A stretch of DNA of 64,000 nt, taken from positions 146,320,001-146,384,000 of the forward strand of contig OX597818.1 of NCBI GenBank assembly GCA_951406725.2. Reading direction: 5' to 3'. Below, piece by piece: positions 27,100 to 40,764 of the stretch. The translations under genes were made by a program, and so were the position numbers. Position 1 is the stretch's first letter, and each line of letters begins with the position of its first letter. The notes under the pieces are model-generated. The model worked only from the letters and a program-made list of their open reading frames with translations, ran no database searches and was not told the DNA's origin. The stretch is from Octopus vulgaris (Eukaryota).

Positions 27100-27849
27100 A
27101 GATAGATAGATAGATAAGAGAGTGAAACAGAAAGACAAACAAACCGAAAGACAAATAGAAGGAAAGAGAGAAGCTACTACCTTTTCAGAAGTAGCCAAAT
27201 TTATACATATATAATTATATACTGAAAAACCAAGCAATGTGAGAGAAAAACAGAGTGGGAGATAGAGCAATATAAATGACACCGAATTTTGATGAGTATC
27301 TGTCAAAATATCTCCTTCACATTTATTTATGATACTATTGTCTTTGACTTAATTACAATAAGATTTTCAAAAATATTACCTGATATTGCTTGTCGTTAAA
27401 TGGTAATGTTTTGTTCCCTAGGCAATTCCTTTAATGGTTTTTCACCTTTGTTTTGTATTAAGAATAAACAGAAATACGAATGATTTGAAGATAAGCAGAA
27501 TATATTGGTCGCATGATTAATCTTTATTTTTGTGTCTGCATATATGCATATACAATGACATATGTATAAATGTATAGTTATACGTACCTGTGTAGATTTA
27601 TGCATGTATTTTTGAACACACACACGCATATATATATATGAACACGCACGCACACACAACACACACGCATACATACATATATACAGATATATACACATGC
27701 ATACACAAGAGTATAATTGTGTGTGTCAATAAAATATACTTACATATATATATATATATATATATATGCATATATGCATATATGTATTATATATATATAT
27801 ATATATATATATGTGACCGAATAATTGTCACGTATTATATTTACAGGTA

Positions 27850-27881
<32 letters not shown>

Positions 27882-27916
27882 CCTGTAAATATATGTGACA
27901 ATTATTCGGTAGCCAT

Positions 27917-27977
27917 GATAGAACTCCGAGTTTCGGATGTCGCGGCGGAAATCCACGCGGGCATCTCTTCAGTTATC
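27917..27977 (-). ncRNA. Type I hammerhead ribozyme-like motif
   Basis: GATAA-CTGAAGA-GATGCCCGCG...CGCGACATCC-GAA-AC-tcgga-GT-T-CTATC; one stem I mismatch. Confidence 0.75.
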
Positions 27978-28519
27978 GAGCCATCGAAAAAAAAAATGCT
28001 TTGAAAATGACCGTTATAACAAAGGGAAATTACTGTGTGATTGACTGTTATTAAGACAAAAGAGAAATTAGAATGACCGCTAAGTAAGGGGAGGGAGTAA
28101 AGTTAAGGGAGTAAAAATGTTTGTAGTAATTGCGTAAGCGCCCATGTCCATACATAAACATGCGCGCCCGCACACCCACATACATGCGCCCATATGTATA
28201 TACTCATCCACCCTCACTTGAAACACACACATTTAATCATGTCACACATATGAAGGCTAATATAACTATAAGTGTTATTAATTGCTGGTAGAGACACCGT
28301 ATTTCGTTATGCAGTCATAATATATTACCAAGTATATTAAAGGATTATAATTAATATGTTAAATGCTAATGTATTTCATTTACAAGATATCCATTCTATC
28401 ACAGCCACACATTCACACACTCATACATACACACATACAAACATACACATGTACATACATACATACATATTCACACACACACACACACACACATATAATG
28501 GTGAAACCTAACTCTAGAT

Positions 28520-28773
28520 CAGTGTTTCTTAACTATTATTTGTCTAGGGATTCTTTGATTCCCATTTTACTCGGATGGAACCCCATGGATATTTTATGTT
28601 TAAAATATCCAATTATATTTTTCTAGTTAAATATTATTAGGATTTCTATTCAAAAATTCTTAAAATATTTGGGGATTACAGAAGTATAACCAAATTTTGC
28701 ACATAAATTTTAACAAAATCTTATGTGGTCCCCTATGGGATGGGTCAAGTGGACTCCCAGTTGAGAACCATTG
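28520..28773. mobile_element. hAT (Charlie-like) MITE with 8-bp TSD
   Basis: TIRs CAGTGTTTCTTAAC / GTTGAGAACCATTG; identical CTCTAGAT on both flanks (28512-28519, 28774-28781). Confidence 0.9.
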
Positions 28774-28999
28774 CTCTAGATTGATCAGTGTGGAGAAAAG
28801 GAATGCAAGACGTAAGGAGAGAATAAGGTAGTACTGTGAACATAACAAATACTCCTAGTAGTGAAATTTCCCCAAACCCCAAATGAAAGCCAGCGATGCA
28901 GTCTGAAAATTTGAAAGGCTTTTATATTATTATTAATGAATTTTAATTGAGACAAAGTTGAAGGTCTACACTCCATCTGCATTGTCTTCGTTGCTATAT

Positions 29000-29440
29000 A
29001 AATATGTAACTACCTGCCTCATTTACCAGAGACATGGGAAGAAACTGGGACGATTTCACTAACACAGCCTTCTACATGTTGAAGCCTTGGAACGCAATCA
29101 GTCTAACAGCACAACGTCTTTATCACTTTAGCACTGATTGGATGGGGCAACTATGTGGCCAGAACTGAAGACGATCAGATACCAAAGTAATTTCCGTATG
29201 GTAAATTAGTGAAAGACCAGAACACAAAATGGAATTAAGGTAACAGGAGTGCATCATGATTATACGGTTATACTTGAGAAGCTCAGTGTCTTTGAATATT
29301 GATCGGAAAACTTCACTCTAGCTTGATCATCGTGGACAAAAGCAGTGCATGATGTTAGAAGAGAATTCAGTCAAACCCTATCCAACATGAAGAGCTCCAG
29401 TGAGCTGTTCATAAGGATCTTGATGTTAAATTGTCTGACT
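29000..29440 (+). pseudogene. Decayed RTE-clade LINE 3' fragment
   Basis: WGNYVARTEDDQIPK*FPYGKL resembles the RTE motif WxGHVxRMxDxRIPKxxxYGEL. Confidence 0.5.
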
Positions 29441-29479
29441 ATCAGAACACAACCCAATCTAAAATGTAACTTGATGCAA

Positions 29480-29895
29480 CCCTCAGGCATCATTCTGCCG
29501 ACCAGCGTCTTTGTCTGTAGCTGTACTGTCGCGTGATGCGTCTTTGTTTTGCAGTACTTCTCTCCTGTTCGTCGATATTTGCGATGGCGGAAACGAAGGA
29601 ACAGCGTGCTTCCGTGAAATTCTGTTTTCTGCCGGGTAAAACGGCGGCCGAAACAGTTGTCATGCTTCAAACAGCTTATAAGGACGCTGCCATGAGTAAA
29701 ACACAAGTTTAAAGTGGTTTCCACGCTTTAGGAAAGACCACTTGTCGCTTGAAGACGAACCTCTTTTAGGACGACAGTCGACCTACCGAACGAATGAAAA
29801 CATCAAGAAAATTCATGAAATGATCTTGGAAGACCGTCACCGAACAATTGACAAACTTGTTGATATAACTGGTGTTTCCTGGAGCTCCTGCCAAC
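29480..29895 (+). mobile_element. Mariner transposase 5' fragment (HTH region)
   Basis: ATG 29584: MAETKEQRASVKFCFLPGKTAAETVVMLQTAY..(frameshift)..KWFPRFR..SLEDEP..GR..ILEDRHRTI. Confidence 0.9.
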
Positions 29896-30089
29896 TCTTA
29901 CAAAAGTAGTGAGATTGCCTTCTTATAGACTTCGTCTGAAGGTATCAGAAGATAAACACACACGTGTGTGTGTGTGTGTGTGTAATAATGTAATAATTTG
30001 GTGAGGAAGTGGGGCTGTCAATTCTTTCTTTCTTTCTATCTTTTTTCTTTCTTTCTATCGATCTTCCTTTTTTTATCCTTACGTTTTTA

Positions 30090-30353
30090 TGTATTTCTTT
30101 CAGTCTCTGGACTGCAGCCATGCCGAGGCACTACCTTGAAGACTTTCAGTCGAATGAATCGATGCCTCTACTTAACTTTTTAAGCCTGGTGCTTGTTCCA
30201 GTTATCTCTTATGCTGAGCGGCAAAGCTACGGGGACGTAAAGAAACCAACACCGATTGTCAAGCGGTGGTGAGGAACAAATACAAACATATAGACGCACA
30301 AATATAAGTATATACATTTATATATACAATATATATATATACATATATATATA

Positions 30354-30404
<51 letters not shown>

Positions 30405-30406
30405 GT

Positions 30407-30485
<79 letters not shown>

Positions 30486-30610
30486 ACTGGCTTCTTTCAG
30501 CTAACATGTACCAAATCTACTTACAAGGCTTCTGTCAGCCCGAGGCTTTAGTAGGAGAAACTTGCCCAAGATGCCACACTGTGGAACTGAATTTGCAACC
30601 ATGTGATAAG
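30090..30610 (-). mobile_element. SINE family A copy with expanded (TA)n
   Basis: Homology to 16013-16431. Confidence 0.8.
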
Positions 30611-31846
30611 CTTTAAATTCTTTAGAATTAATAGAAGAGCTTATTAATGGCAGTATTAGAGATAAAGTATGGCTGACATCTATGTAGAGAGAGGGTGAGC
30701 AGTGCTGTATGGAATTAAATAAAGGAACCCTGTAACTCATTAATGTAAGGCAGTTTTTTAAAGTAAAAGAATTAAGATTGAGTAGAGAGGGGGATCGGAA
30801 TGTTGATGTATAATAGATTATATAAATACGTAAAAGTTTTGAAAAATCAAAAAATAGATTACTGAAAAAATGATCAGCTTTATTAAATTTTGTGATTGAT
30901 AAAGTGATTATGCATTACGTTGGAAATCGTTTGATAATAAAATTTAATTAAAAAGTATGAAATTTAAAGTATAAAAATAATAATAAATACTTCTATATGT
31001 TTAAATTTATAATTTTCTTTTTATCTTAAACATTATATAAATATAAAGGATATTAGTCGCCTAAGTAATTAGAAGCTAAGTAATGATAACAGTTTTTTTT
31101 ATCAATAATAATGATGAACACAGCCTTTTATCAATGACAATAATGATGTTAGTATGTGCATCAGTTCCTTCTATGCTCTCGATCCCAATGGACTGCAAGT
31201 TGACGCCACTGGTTTCTGTTGGCTGCAGTTTTCTTAGTATCTGTCTATGTGATATTGTACTCTTTCGCGACGGATATGAATGTCTGTTATGAACAGAGTG
31301 AAGGTATGTATATACAATATGACAGATTAAACCTGTTGGGAGAAGCAACACTAACAAGATCGATTAATTTGTTTATTTATTTTGCTTTTGCACTTTATCA
31401 GAATTTTTATATAATTTAATTTAAAAATCAAAAGTAGCATACACTTGAGTAATAGTAATAAAGCTAACAATACTGTAAGTAACATAACCATAGATTGCAT
31501 GCAGAGACGTAGCGCACGACGATACAAAAATGGTAAGAAGGTAAGAAAATCCATAAGGAAAAAGCAATTGGATTTACAAATACCTTCTAATAATGGGATA
31601 ATACAAGAGAGTTTAAGATAAGTGATAAGTTGAAGAATTCATTTTGTGAAGAATATAGTTTGAAGATCAAGACAAATATGAGAGGACAGTTGTTAGGTGT
31701 AAGATGTGGGATTAGAATATATAGGGTGATTAAAAAAAATTATCATAAAAATTATATAAGAAAATACCTAGATTAACTTACTCATCCAACCTTAGCACTA
31801 GTCAAAAGGGATAAACATCTCTCTAGTAAATATCCATTAATGTTAT

Positions 31847-31976
31847 ATCGTCTGAAGAAATGAATCCATGAAATGTACACGATGCCCACAGATTCTACGG
31901 ACGACACTGTAAACATCCCAGGAGTACGGACTGTGATCTTAAGAGACGTGTGATTTGTGGAAACGCGCGTAGCGAT
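31847..31976 (+). ncRNA. Type I hammerhead with ~100-nt stem II insertion
   Basis: ATCGT-CTGAAGA-A-ATGAATC...GATTTGTG-GAA-AC-GCGC-GT-A-GCGAT, followed by ATTAAA. Confidence 0.7.
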
Positions 31977-32178
31977 GCATTAAAAGTTTACAACTTCCAT
32001 CCAAGGATTATTGTTATTATTACTATATTTATTCTACATTATATCGCTACAGCTCGATACGAACTCCAAAACCGGTTAACCAGTCAGCATCAATAGTGCG
32101 GCTGCCGTAATGGAATAGGAAATGTCTTTGCATATTCAACACGTTTTCCGTAGACAAATTTAAAATATATATATACAT

Positions 32179-32444
32179 GAAGGCGCGTGGCCTAGAGGTT
32201 AGGCTGTTACACTCACGATCGCTAGATAAAGGGTTCGATACTCTGACTGGATGTTGTGTTCTTGAGCAAAACGCTTCATTTCACGTCGCTCCTGTCCCCC
32301 TTGGATTGGGTGCGGGGAATGTTATCCTACTCGCCTAGCCAGCGTGGTGGTGGCGTCATTTGAAGGCTAAAACAATGCAAAAACGCATTGTGGCCAGTGA
32401 TGTGTAACAACATCAGACAGCCTGGTGGGTCACGTGATCAAGTG

Positions 32445-32446
<2 letters not shown>
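32179..32446 (+). mobile_element. SINE family D (tRNA head + CORE-like TTCTTGAGCAAAACGCTT)
   Basis: A/B boxes; tail shared with 50935-51056. Confidence 0.75.
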
Positions 32447-32490
<44 letters not shown>

Positions 32491-34647
32491 GTGTGTGTGT
32501 GTGTTTGCTTATATGTGCGCAGGTGTATTTGTGCCTTTGAATAAGTTAGATAAGCAGTAAGGCCAAATTTCGTTTTTCATCGGAGTATTCCAGCTGTTTG
32601 AACAGCTAAACTACTGTAGTCATCTGTGCTCTGAAACCAGTTCTCAGGCAGAGATCCCGTTTTAGGACTGGTCCACTCAATAGTATATACTGTCCACCCA
32701 ATAATGCTCACAAGAACTGAGTTTTTAAAACTTAATACTTGCTCGAGAAGTCACACGTTATGATCACACCAGATATATTGTTTGCGATGCGAACCACTCT
32801 TCTCTTCGGCCATATTTTCTTCTCCCACCCCTCAAAAACAATTAAATAAATATAAGGCAAGTGTTCTTACTTTTCCGCCATATTTGTATAAACCGTACAA
32901 CTGAGAGGTGATTGAACAAAACAAAAACTCTTGACTTTACAATAACATAACAATAATGGAGAAAATGTCAGAGAGGAAATTGTTCATATCATTTCCTTTC
33001 TATTGTGCAAGTAGCATGCATAAATTCTACGTTGAACAACCAAACGCCCCTTGTGTTCACAATGTCAATTTAATTACTTTTTTTTTTTTGCTTTTTTGTT
33101 TTAAAATCTTCTTCCGAAGAATAGTTGGTGAATTTCGTGTCGCCATCTTCTGCTGTCAACTGCTTAAATTGTCTCCGGCAGCATCTCGAGGATTTCATTT
33201 CCTTTTTAGTTTTTTTATAACTGTCTGTCTTTGTACGCGGATGTGATTATTTTAGTCATACGTCATTTTTTTTTCTCACATTGCCTCTGCCTCTATTTCG
33301 CAATCTTTCTTCGTTGTTTCTTTCATTCTATTTATCTATCTATGCATCACTCTCCTTCCCTCTCTCCTTACCACTCCTCTCTCTCTCCTACTCTCTCTCT
33401 CTCTCTACGTATGTGTGATTCTGTCTCTCAATATCAACATATCTAAGTATTTCTATACTAGTTTATTTCTGTCCACTTCTCTGTAAGATGTTTGTAAAAT
33501 GTTCTATCTATCTTAGTCTGCGTGTCAGATCGTCTTATGTCTGTCTGTTCGTCCCTATGTTTGTTAATCTACCTATCTGTCGATTCTGTCTATCACATGG
33601 TCTAGTGTGCTAACTACCTATCTGTTGTTGTGTATATACAACTGCCAATCATTCTATTTATGCAGAATCCGAGGGATGAAGGTGGGGATCTGCGTCTGTG
33701 AAGGTAATCCAGATAAGTTGAACTATGACATAAATTAACAGCAACAAGAAATTAAACAAGGTATTACGTCGCAAGGGGGGAAAAAACAGTCATCAACGTT
33801 TCGAGAAAGAAGACCTTTGTCATGAATTTTGAAATGTAAAAGATTTAGAGAAAAAAATTATATGTATTATTGTACAAGCATGGTTATCAAACGACCGACG
33901 GAAGCTGGCAGCGGCAGAGAAAAGTGTAATAAGGGTGATTGTCGGCCAGACGCAAAGATGGAGAAAATTGGAATAAAGTGTAGAGGCAGGAAGTGGAGAT
34001 TGAAGTATGTATGTGTGAGCGGAAATATGTGTTGTTTGAGCAAGTGGTACGAGGAATAAGACAGTAGGTATGCGTGTGTTAGTTGAAGAGGGGCAGAAAT
34101 AAAGAGTTAACGGAAGGAGATAAACAGGAGAAATTTCTATCGATACTGCAGTATGCATTTGTTAGCGAGTAGATAGAAAATTCGGACAGTGCATATGCGA
34201 ACGTGTGCTAGAAGAAAACTTAAAAGATTAGTGATTTCGTCAGCAAAAGCGTCTCCAAAGGGGAGGATCAACTTCCATTTGAGGGCAACTTAGTTGGATG
34301 ACTGAGGCACATGAGAAAGATAAAAGACAAATGATGATGATGATGATGATTAAGGAAGGAATCTGGTCTGCAAAATGGGTGTGAGAAAACCGCTGCTGTT
34401 GTGTCGCACTTCCGACCGATGCTATATACATCGATCAGTTAAACTTCAACCGATTTTACTTCCAAAGATGACACCTAATAACAAAGGTTACACTTTGAGG
34501 CTGTAAATATATTGATCAGGGAATTGTAAAGTGAGCCTCAAACATACCTTCCAGGGTGGTACTGCATATTTATGTCTGTAAGAATGTATGTAGGTATAAG
34601 TGTAGATGTTTGCATGTATATCCGCCTGTGTGCGTGATCTTTTATAG

Positions 34648-34869
34648 TAAGATGGGGGTGCTGATAGGTTTCTGGTTTTGGGTAAAAGAATATAAAGGAA
34701 GATCAGTTAATTACGATTTTATACAACAAATTCCTCTCTCAGATTCTCAGATTTATTGCAGCGGTCCTTCAGCTTTTCTAAGCCCTGTAAAAGAGCTCAG
34801 AAGACTGGGCCTCCACCCAGGCCCTTTGCTATACCCTTAAAACCAGGAACTTTTCAGTAACCCTTCGTA
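34648..34869. mobile_element. Tc1/mariner-type MITE, second copy
   Basis: Full-length homology to 26537-26758. Confidence 0.8.
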
Positions 34870-35571
34870 TGTTTGATAAGCGCATAAATTCATTGCAGGT
34901 ATGTCAGTGTTTTAAGAAGTTTGCTTCCCAACCACGTGGTTCCGGATTCGGTCCGAAAATGATTTCGGAACAACTTACCTTTACATTGGTTAGCTTTACA
35001 AGATTAAATGACGTTATAATATAAGCAATATTATTTTACCGAATAAAAATAGATTTAGTTAAATACATGAAATAAATATATGAATGACCTCAAGTTAAAT
35101 TAAATATTACACATACCAAAATTATTGCTTGACAGTTAAATTTTGTATAATGTTCATCATTCAAATTATGTGATATATTTAATGTACACCGGCAATCTTG
35201 CCCCAATAAAAATTCCGAGAATTATGAGGTTATCTGTATTACTATAAAGTTCATTAATTAGCAAACACCACTTCGTACATATGTACATTGTTACATAGTT
35301 TTAATAACAGTATTATCGCAATGACGTCTTTCGCTCATTTCAGATGTTTTAGAATATTTTATGTCGAAACCTTACAACCTACGAATTCGCTGTCAACCAT
35401 TAATGGTATTATTAATGGTATTAATATGATTTATCACAGAATTATGTAATAATATTGAATTACTCAAAACAAAGCAAAAAATGCCAAGCGATAAGGTATG
35501 GTAAATATATCTATAAATATTAATATATATATATATAGCATGCGTGTGTATGTATATATATATAAATATTA

Positions 35572-35603
<32 letters not shown>

Positions 35604-35824
35604 GGAGGCGCAATGGCCGAGTGGTTAGGGCAGCGGACTTGCGGTCGGAGGATCGCGGTTTCGATTCCCAGACCGGGCGTTGTGTGTGTTTATTGAGCGA
35701 AAACACCTAAAAGCTCCACGAGGCTCCGGCAGGGAATGGTGGTGATCCCTGCTGTACTCTTTGACCACTCTAAAGGCGGTGCTCCAGCATGGCCGCAGTC
35801 AAATGACTGAAACAAGTACAAAAA

Positions 35825-35842
<18 letters not shown>
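35604..35842 (+). mobile_element. SINE: family C head + family A tail + poly(A)
   Basis: 35604-35768 matches 20946; 35770-35820 matches 16371-16420; A-run to 35842. Confidence 0.85.
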
Positions 35843-35858
<16 letters not shown>

Positions 35859-35936
35859 TGTATATATATGAATTTTTTGCGTAATGAGATAAAAACACCA
35901 AGGCTGTATAGATATTAGAGCATTTATAGATAGAAG

Positions 35937-35991
35937 GTCTTATAGCTGTTTCTAGAATATTAATTAATAATAATATCCCTTCATCGGAGAC
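35937..35991 (-). ncRNA. Decayed or variant type I hammerhead
   Basis: GTCT-CCGATGA-A-GGGATATTA...TAATATTCT-A-GAA-AC-AGCT-ATA-AGAC; sister fragment at 59199 reads ACAGCTGT-A. Confidence 0.7.
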
Positions 35992-36019
35992 GGGTTAAGT
36001 CATAGTTAGTTTGAATGTG

Positions 36020-36061
<42 letters not shown>

Positions 36062-36555
36062 ATATGTGTGTGCGTTTGTGTGTGTGTGCCTGTGCCCGTT
36101 ACTAGACATACATATACTAAGTTAAGCAGAACATTGAAAGAAATACGACATATTTATATACGTGAATATACATTAGTGTAAAAACACGTGATACTGTTTT
36201 AACCTGTGAAATATCGATCAATTTCCAAATCGGTTATGTTATCTCTTAGTTATTTCGAAGCGTTGTGCACCTTTGTGCATAAATTTTATGCCTAGGGTTG
36301 CTCTAGAGAAACGACAGAAATTCCGAATTACGTCAATAAACAACGGAACTGTAAATGTTTTTGATAAAATTCCAGCTAAATCAAATAAGTCGCACTACTG
36401 TTGATTCATGTTACCGGCAGAGCGATATCATGAAGATTCTTTGAACACAATGCATCATACGTTTGAAAGATAAATTCAAGATACTTATTAAAGAAATAAT
36501 GAATACAAGAACGTACATACACACTCACGCATACACACACACATACATGCACATG

Positions 36556-36608
<53 letters not shown>

Positions 36609-36764
36609 GTGCTCATATACACATAGGTATTATCTTTTTACCTGAAGCATTTTATCTTGCCCAGGGCTAATGAATATCTTCAGTATTTATGTTTTTCTCT
36701 CAATGTAAATCCAAATTTACTTGTCTTTATCTGTCTTCATTTTAAATATTTTCAGTTGTTTACA

Positions 36765-36890
<126 letters not shown>

Positions 36891-36897
36891 TATATAT

Positions 36898-36965
<68 letters not shown>

Positions 36966-37302
36966 GATAGATAAATGTGTGTGCGTGTGTGTGTGTGTGT
37001 GACGCGCGTGTGTGTGTGTGTGTTTGCGAGACAATATAAAAGATTAAAAGTTCTGAAAACATTTACTGATAGTGTACTTACGCGTGATTCAATGCAGATT
37101 TATAGGCTGAATTACCTAAGACTGCCCCGACTTATTAGATTGCATGCGAATACTATTAGGAAATATTTGTACAACAATCTCTCCATTCTTGATTTCTTCT
37201 ATATGCTTTTTTATGCTTTCTTCACTGTGAAAAATAATAACAAGAACGTTATGTGTAAATACATACATACGTACATACAAATATACGCACACACACACAC
37301 AA

Positions 37303-37338
<36 letters not shown>

Positions 37339-37594
37339 CACAACTCTACAACTTCCTCTTTTTGAATATAAGGGAACATATTCAGTTCCAAATATTAGTC
37401 ATATTACACATTAATACCAAGGATACATGTGTGTGACTGTGGGTGTTTCAGTGTGGGGTGTGTGCTTTCATATGTGTGTGTATGCATGCGCATGCATGTG
37501 CGTGTGTGCACGTCTGTGTGTGTGTATGCATATGTTTGCGTATACGAGTGAATGTGTTTGTGTGTGTGTGTTCGTATCTGCGTGTTTGGGTGTA

Positions 37595-37893
37595 AAGAGC
37601 ACTCCGTCGGTTACGATCAACGGAACAGATTGCTCGTGAAATCAATGTGCAAGTGGCTGAGCACTCCACAGACACGTGTACCCTTAATGTAGTTCTCAGG
37701 GAGATTCAGCGTGTCACAGAATGTGACAAGGCTGGCCCTTTGAAATACAGATACTACTCATTTTCCCCAGCTGAATGGACTGGAGCAACGTGAAATAAAG
37801 TGTCTTGCACAAGGACACAACGCGTCGCCGGGATTTGAACTTACGGCCTTACGATCAAGAGCCGAATACCCTAACCACTAAGCTACGCGCCTT
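37595..37893 (-). mobile_element. SINE family D copy
   Basis: TAGCTTAGTGG A box, AGTTCAAATCCC B box, GTGTCCTTGTGCAAGACACTT CORE-like block. Confidence 0.8.
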
Positions 37894-38473
37894 CCTTTGT
37901 GTGTATACACTTAACTAAAAATCGGAAATATAAAGTCTAGATTCCAGTAAAATATCCACTCTATATGAATTGAGTTGTGGAAGGAATAGAAGTAGCTGGA
38001 GATAAATAATCCAGCTTTTGTACTCTCGATGGTGGCAGCTAAGCATATCAAGTAATCTCCAAATATTCCGGTCATCACGTAGCTAGTTACATATTATATT
38101 GCAGCAAATGTTGACACAGTCGCCTGGTTACATTTCCATCTACTTCACCTTATTTTTCTGCACTTCTCCGTATCCGATATTATCCAGCATCGTGATCTCT
38201 ATGTAGCACAGATATTAGGTGAACACTTATTTTCCGATTCTGAAATCAAAACTCCATAGATTAAGCAACTGGTATGCCTTTCTGTAGTTACATACAGCCA
38301 CACCTACATATCTATAGTGACGTTCTCAAACTTATTGATGCACCCCAAAGCACATACAAACAAATGTGTTGTTCATTTATAAAAGTTACGAAACAGCTGT
38401 AGTAGTAAGGAAAGCATATAGAAGAATAAATATATATCTACCTCACATCATTTGTGTTATGTTTTACATGTGT

Positions 38474-38504
<31 letters not shown>

Positions 38505-38519
38505 CATGTATTATTTTAA

Positions 38520-38875
38520 TCTTATATTTGTTTCATTCATCAGATTACGGTCATGTGGAGGTGCCACCATGAAGAATTAAGTTGAATAAATTGACCCTAG
38601 AACATGTTTTTAAGTCTTGTACTTATTCTATCAGACTCTTTGGCCGAAACGCTAAATAACGAGGACACTGACACACCAACATCATTTATTAGGTGGTGGT
38701 GGAGGGGACAAACACAGACAGAGTGACGCATATATACATAAATATATATATATACATGTACATACATACATACACGTTCTGTTCACCAAATCCACTCACA
38801 AGGCATTAATTTGCCCTAGGTTATAGTAGAAGGCGAGCCCAAGTTGCCATACTGTCACGCCTGTCCCTAGCCATG
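38520..38875 (-). mobile_element. Diverged SINE family A copy
   Basis: Homology to 16013-16431. Confidence 0.7.
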
Positions 38876-38916
38876 AATATGTATATGTATATATGTACAT
38901 ACTGATGCATATAAAC

Positions 38917-38965
<49 letters not shown>

Positions 38966-38975
38966 CATATATACA

Positions 38976-39032
<57 letters not shown>

Positions 39033-39274
39033 GTATGCAAAAATTCAGCTATACATACATCGTATATATGTGTGTGTGTGTTTGCAAACTAACATTATAA
39101 ATCACCATCTGTATCATTTATCAATGGCTCCCCGCAGAAGTGTCCAGAGTGTCCATTAAATAGTAAAATAGCTGGGACAAAATCGATCTTTCGTTAATGT
39201 ATTTGTTTTAGTAGATAAATGGCATGAGCAGAATCATATTGAAGATTATGTTTCACAACTAGTTGATTTGGCTG

Positions 39275-39900
39275 TACGTATGTATGCATGTATGTATGTA
39301 TGTATGTATGTATGTATGTATGTATGTATGTATGTATGTATGTATGTATGCATGTATGTATGTATGTATGTATGTATGAATGTATGTATGTATGTATGTA
39401 TGTATGTATGTATGTATGTATGTATGTATGTATGTATGTATGTATGTATGTATGTATGTATGTATGTATGTATGTATGTATGTATGTATGTATGTACGTA
39501 TGTATGTATGTATATATGTATGTATGCATGTATGCATGAATGCATGTATGTATGTATGTATGTATGTATGTATGCATGTATGCATGTATGTATGTATGTA
39601 TGTATGTACGTATGTATGTATGTATGTATGTATGTACGTATGTATGTATGTACGTATGTATGTATCTATGTATGTATGTATATATGTATGTATGTATGTA
39701 CGTATGTATGTATGTATGTATGTATGTATGTATGTACGTATGTATGTATGTATGTATGTATGCATGTATGTATGTATGTATGTATGTACGTATGTATGTA
39801 TGTATGTACGTATGTATGTATGTATGTATGTACGTATGTATGTATGTATGTACGTATGTATGTATGTATGTATATGTGTATGTATGTATGCATATGCATG
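39275..39900. repeat. ~620-bp (TATG)n array with TACG/CATG variants
   Basis: Direct reading. Confidence 0.95.
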
Positions 39901-40594
39901 TATGTGTGTATAGATGGATGGTTAGATACGCACACAAACACACAAATATGTGTGTGTACGTATATGTATGCATGTATATATATGTATGTATGTATGTATG
40001 TATATATATATAACAGTTATCGCCAAGCTAATATGGCAGTCCATAAATATAAGGCTAAAACTGCCGTTGATTAGCTCCAAGAAGCCATCGCCTCTAGCTA
40101 GCTATATGACACACGAACCTGTGTCCATTATAACCTTCGAACAGGGGAGGTCAGCCGCTTCCCCTTGCTGGTCAGGCATCTGCAGACACGTTTCAGCGAC
40201 GCCTGCTGGTTTTGGCTACTCTGCATTGATAAAGCGCAAATACCCTATTTGGTATTTGATTGATATTTCCTGTTCCTGGATTGCAAACGCATACCCTTCA
40301 AAGTGGGAGGTAGTAATCCGGCTATTGGTACATGAGAAACTGCTTTAATGATCATGCTACTATCATCTCGGAGCTTTACATACTAATACATCTTCTGCTT
40401 ACATAGGCTCGTCCTTTGATCTGATGATACTTTGCGGTAGAGTCGTGTGACTTCTTTGGGCATGTATTCTAAGTTATGTATGTATGTATGTATGTATGTA
40501 TGTATGTATGTATGTATGTATGTATGTATGTATTTATGTATGTATGTATGTATGTATGTATGTATGTGTGTATATATGTATATATACATATATT

Positions 40595-40760
40595 CTTTTA
40601 TTCTTTTGTTCTTGTTGCAGTTATTTGTGACCCCAGGACTTATTTTTGTAAGCTTAGTACTTATTTCAAGTTACGTAGACGTAAACACCGCAACATCGGT
40701 TATCAAGCGATGGTGGGGGCAAACACAAACACACAAACATATACATACATGCATATATAC
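40595..40760 (-). mobile_element. SINE family A 3' half
   Basis: GACCCCAGGACTTATT...GTAAACACC match. Confidence 0.7.
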
Positions 40761-40764
40761 ATAG

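Noticed and set aside
33100-33240. CGCCATCTT YY1-like motif with ATG (also near 55718)
   Set aside because: Short motif with no supporting ORF or transcript evidence
39194-40074. Long CMYV/HTYI ORFs, and similar YI/CV/HT ORFs throughout the window
   Set aside because: Microsatellite translations
40165-40230. Minus-strand GAAAC-GT-GTC with flanking stems
   Set aside because: No CTGANGA core
40410-40460. CTGATGA followed by a short hairpin
   Set aside because: No GAAA and no stem I complement; not a hammerhead
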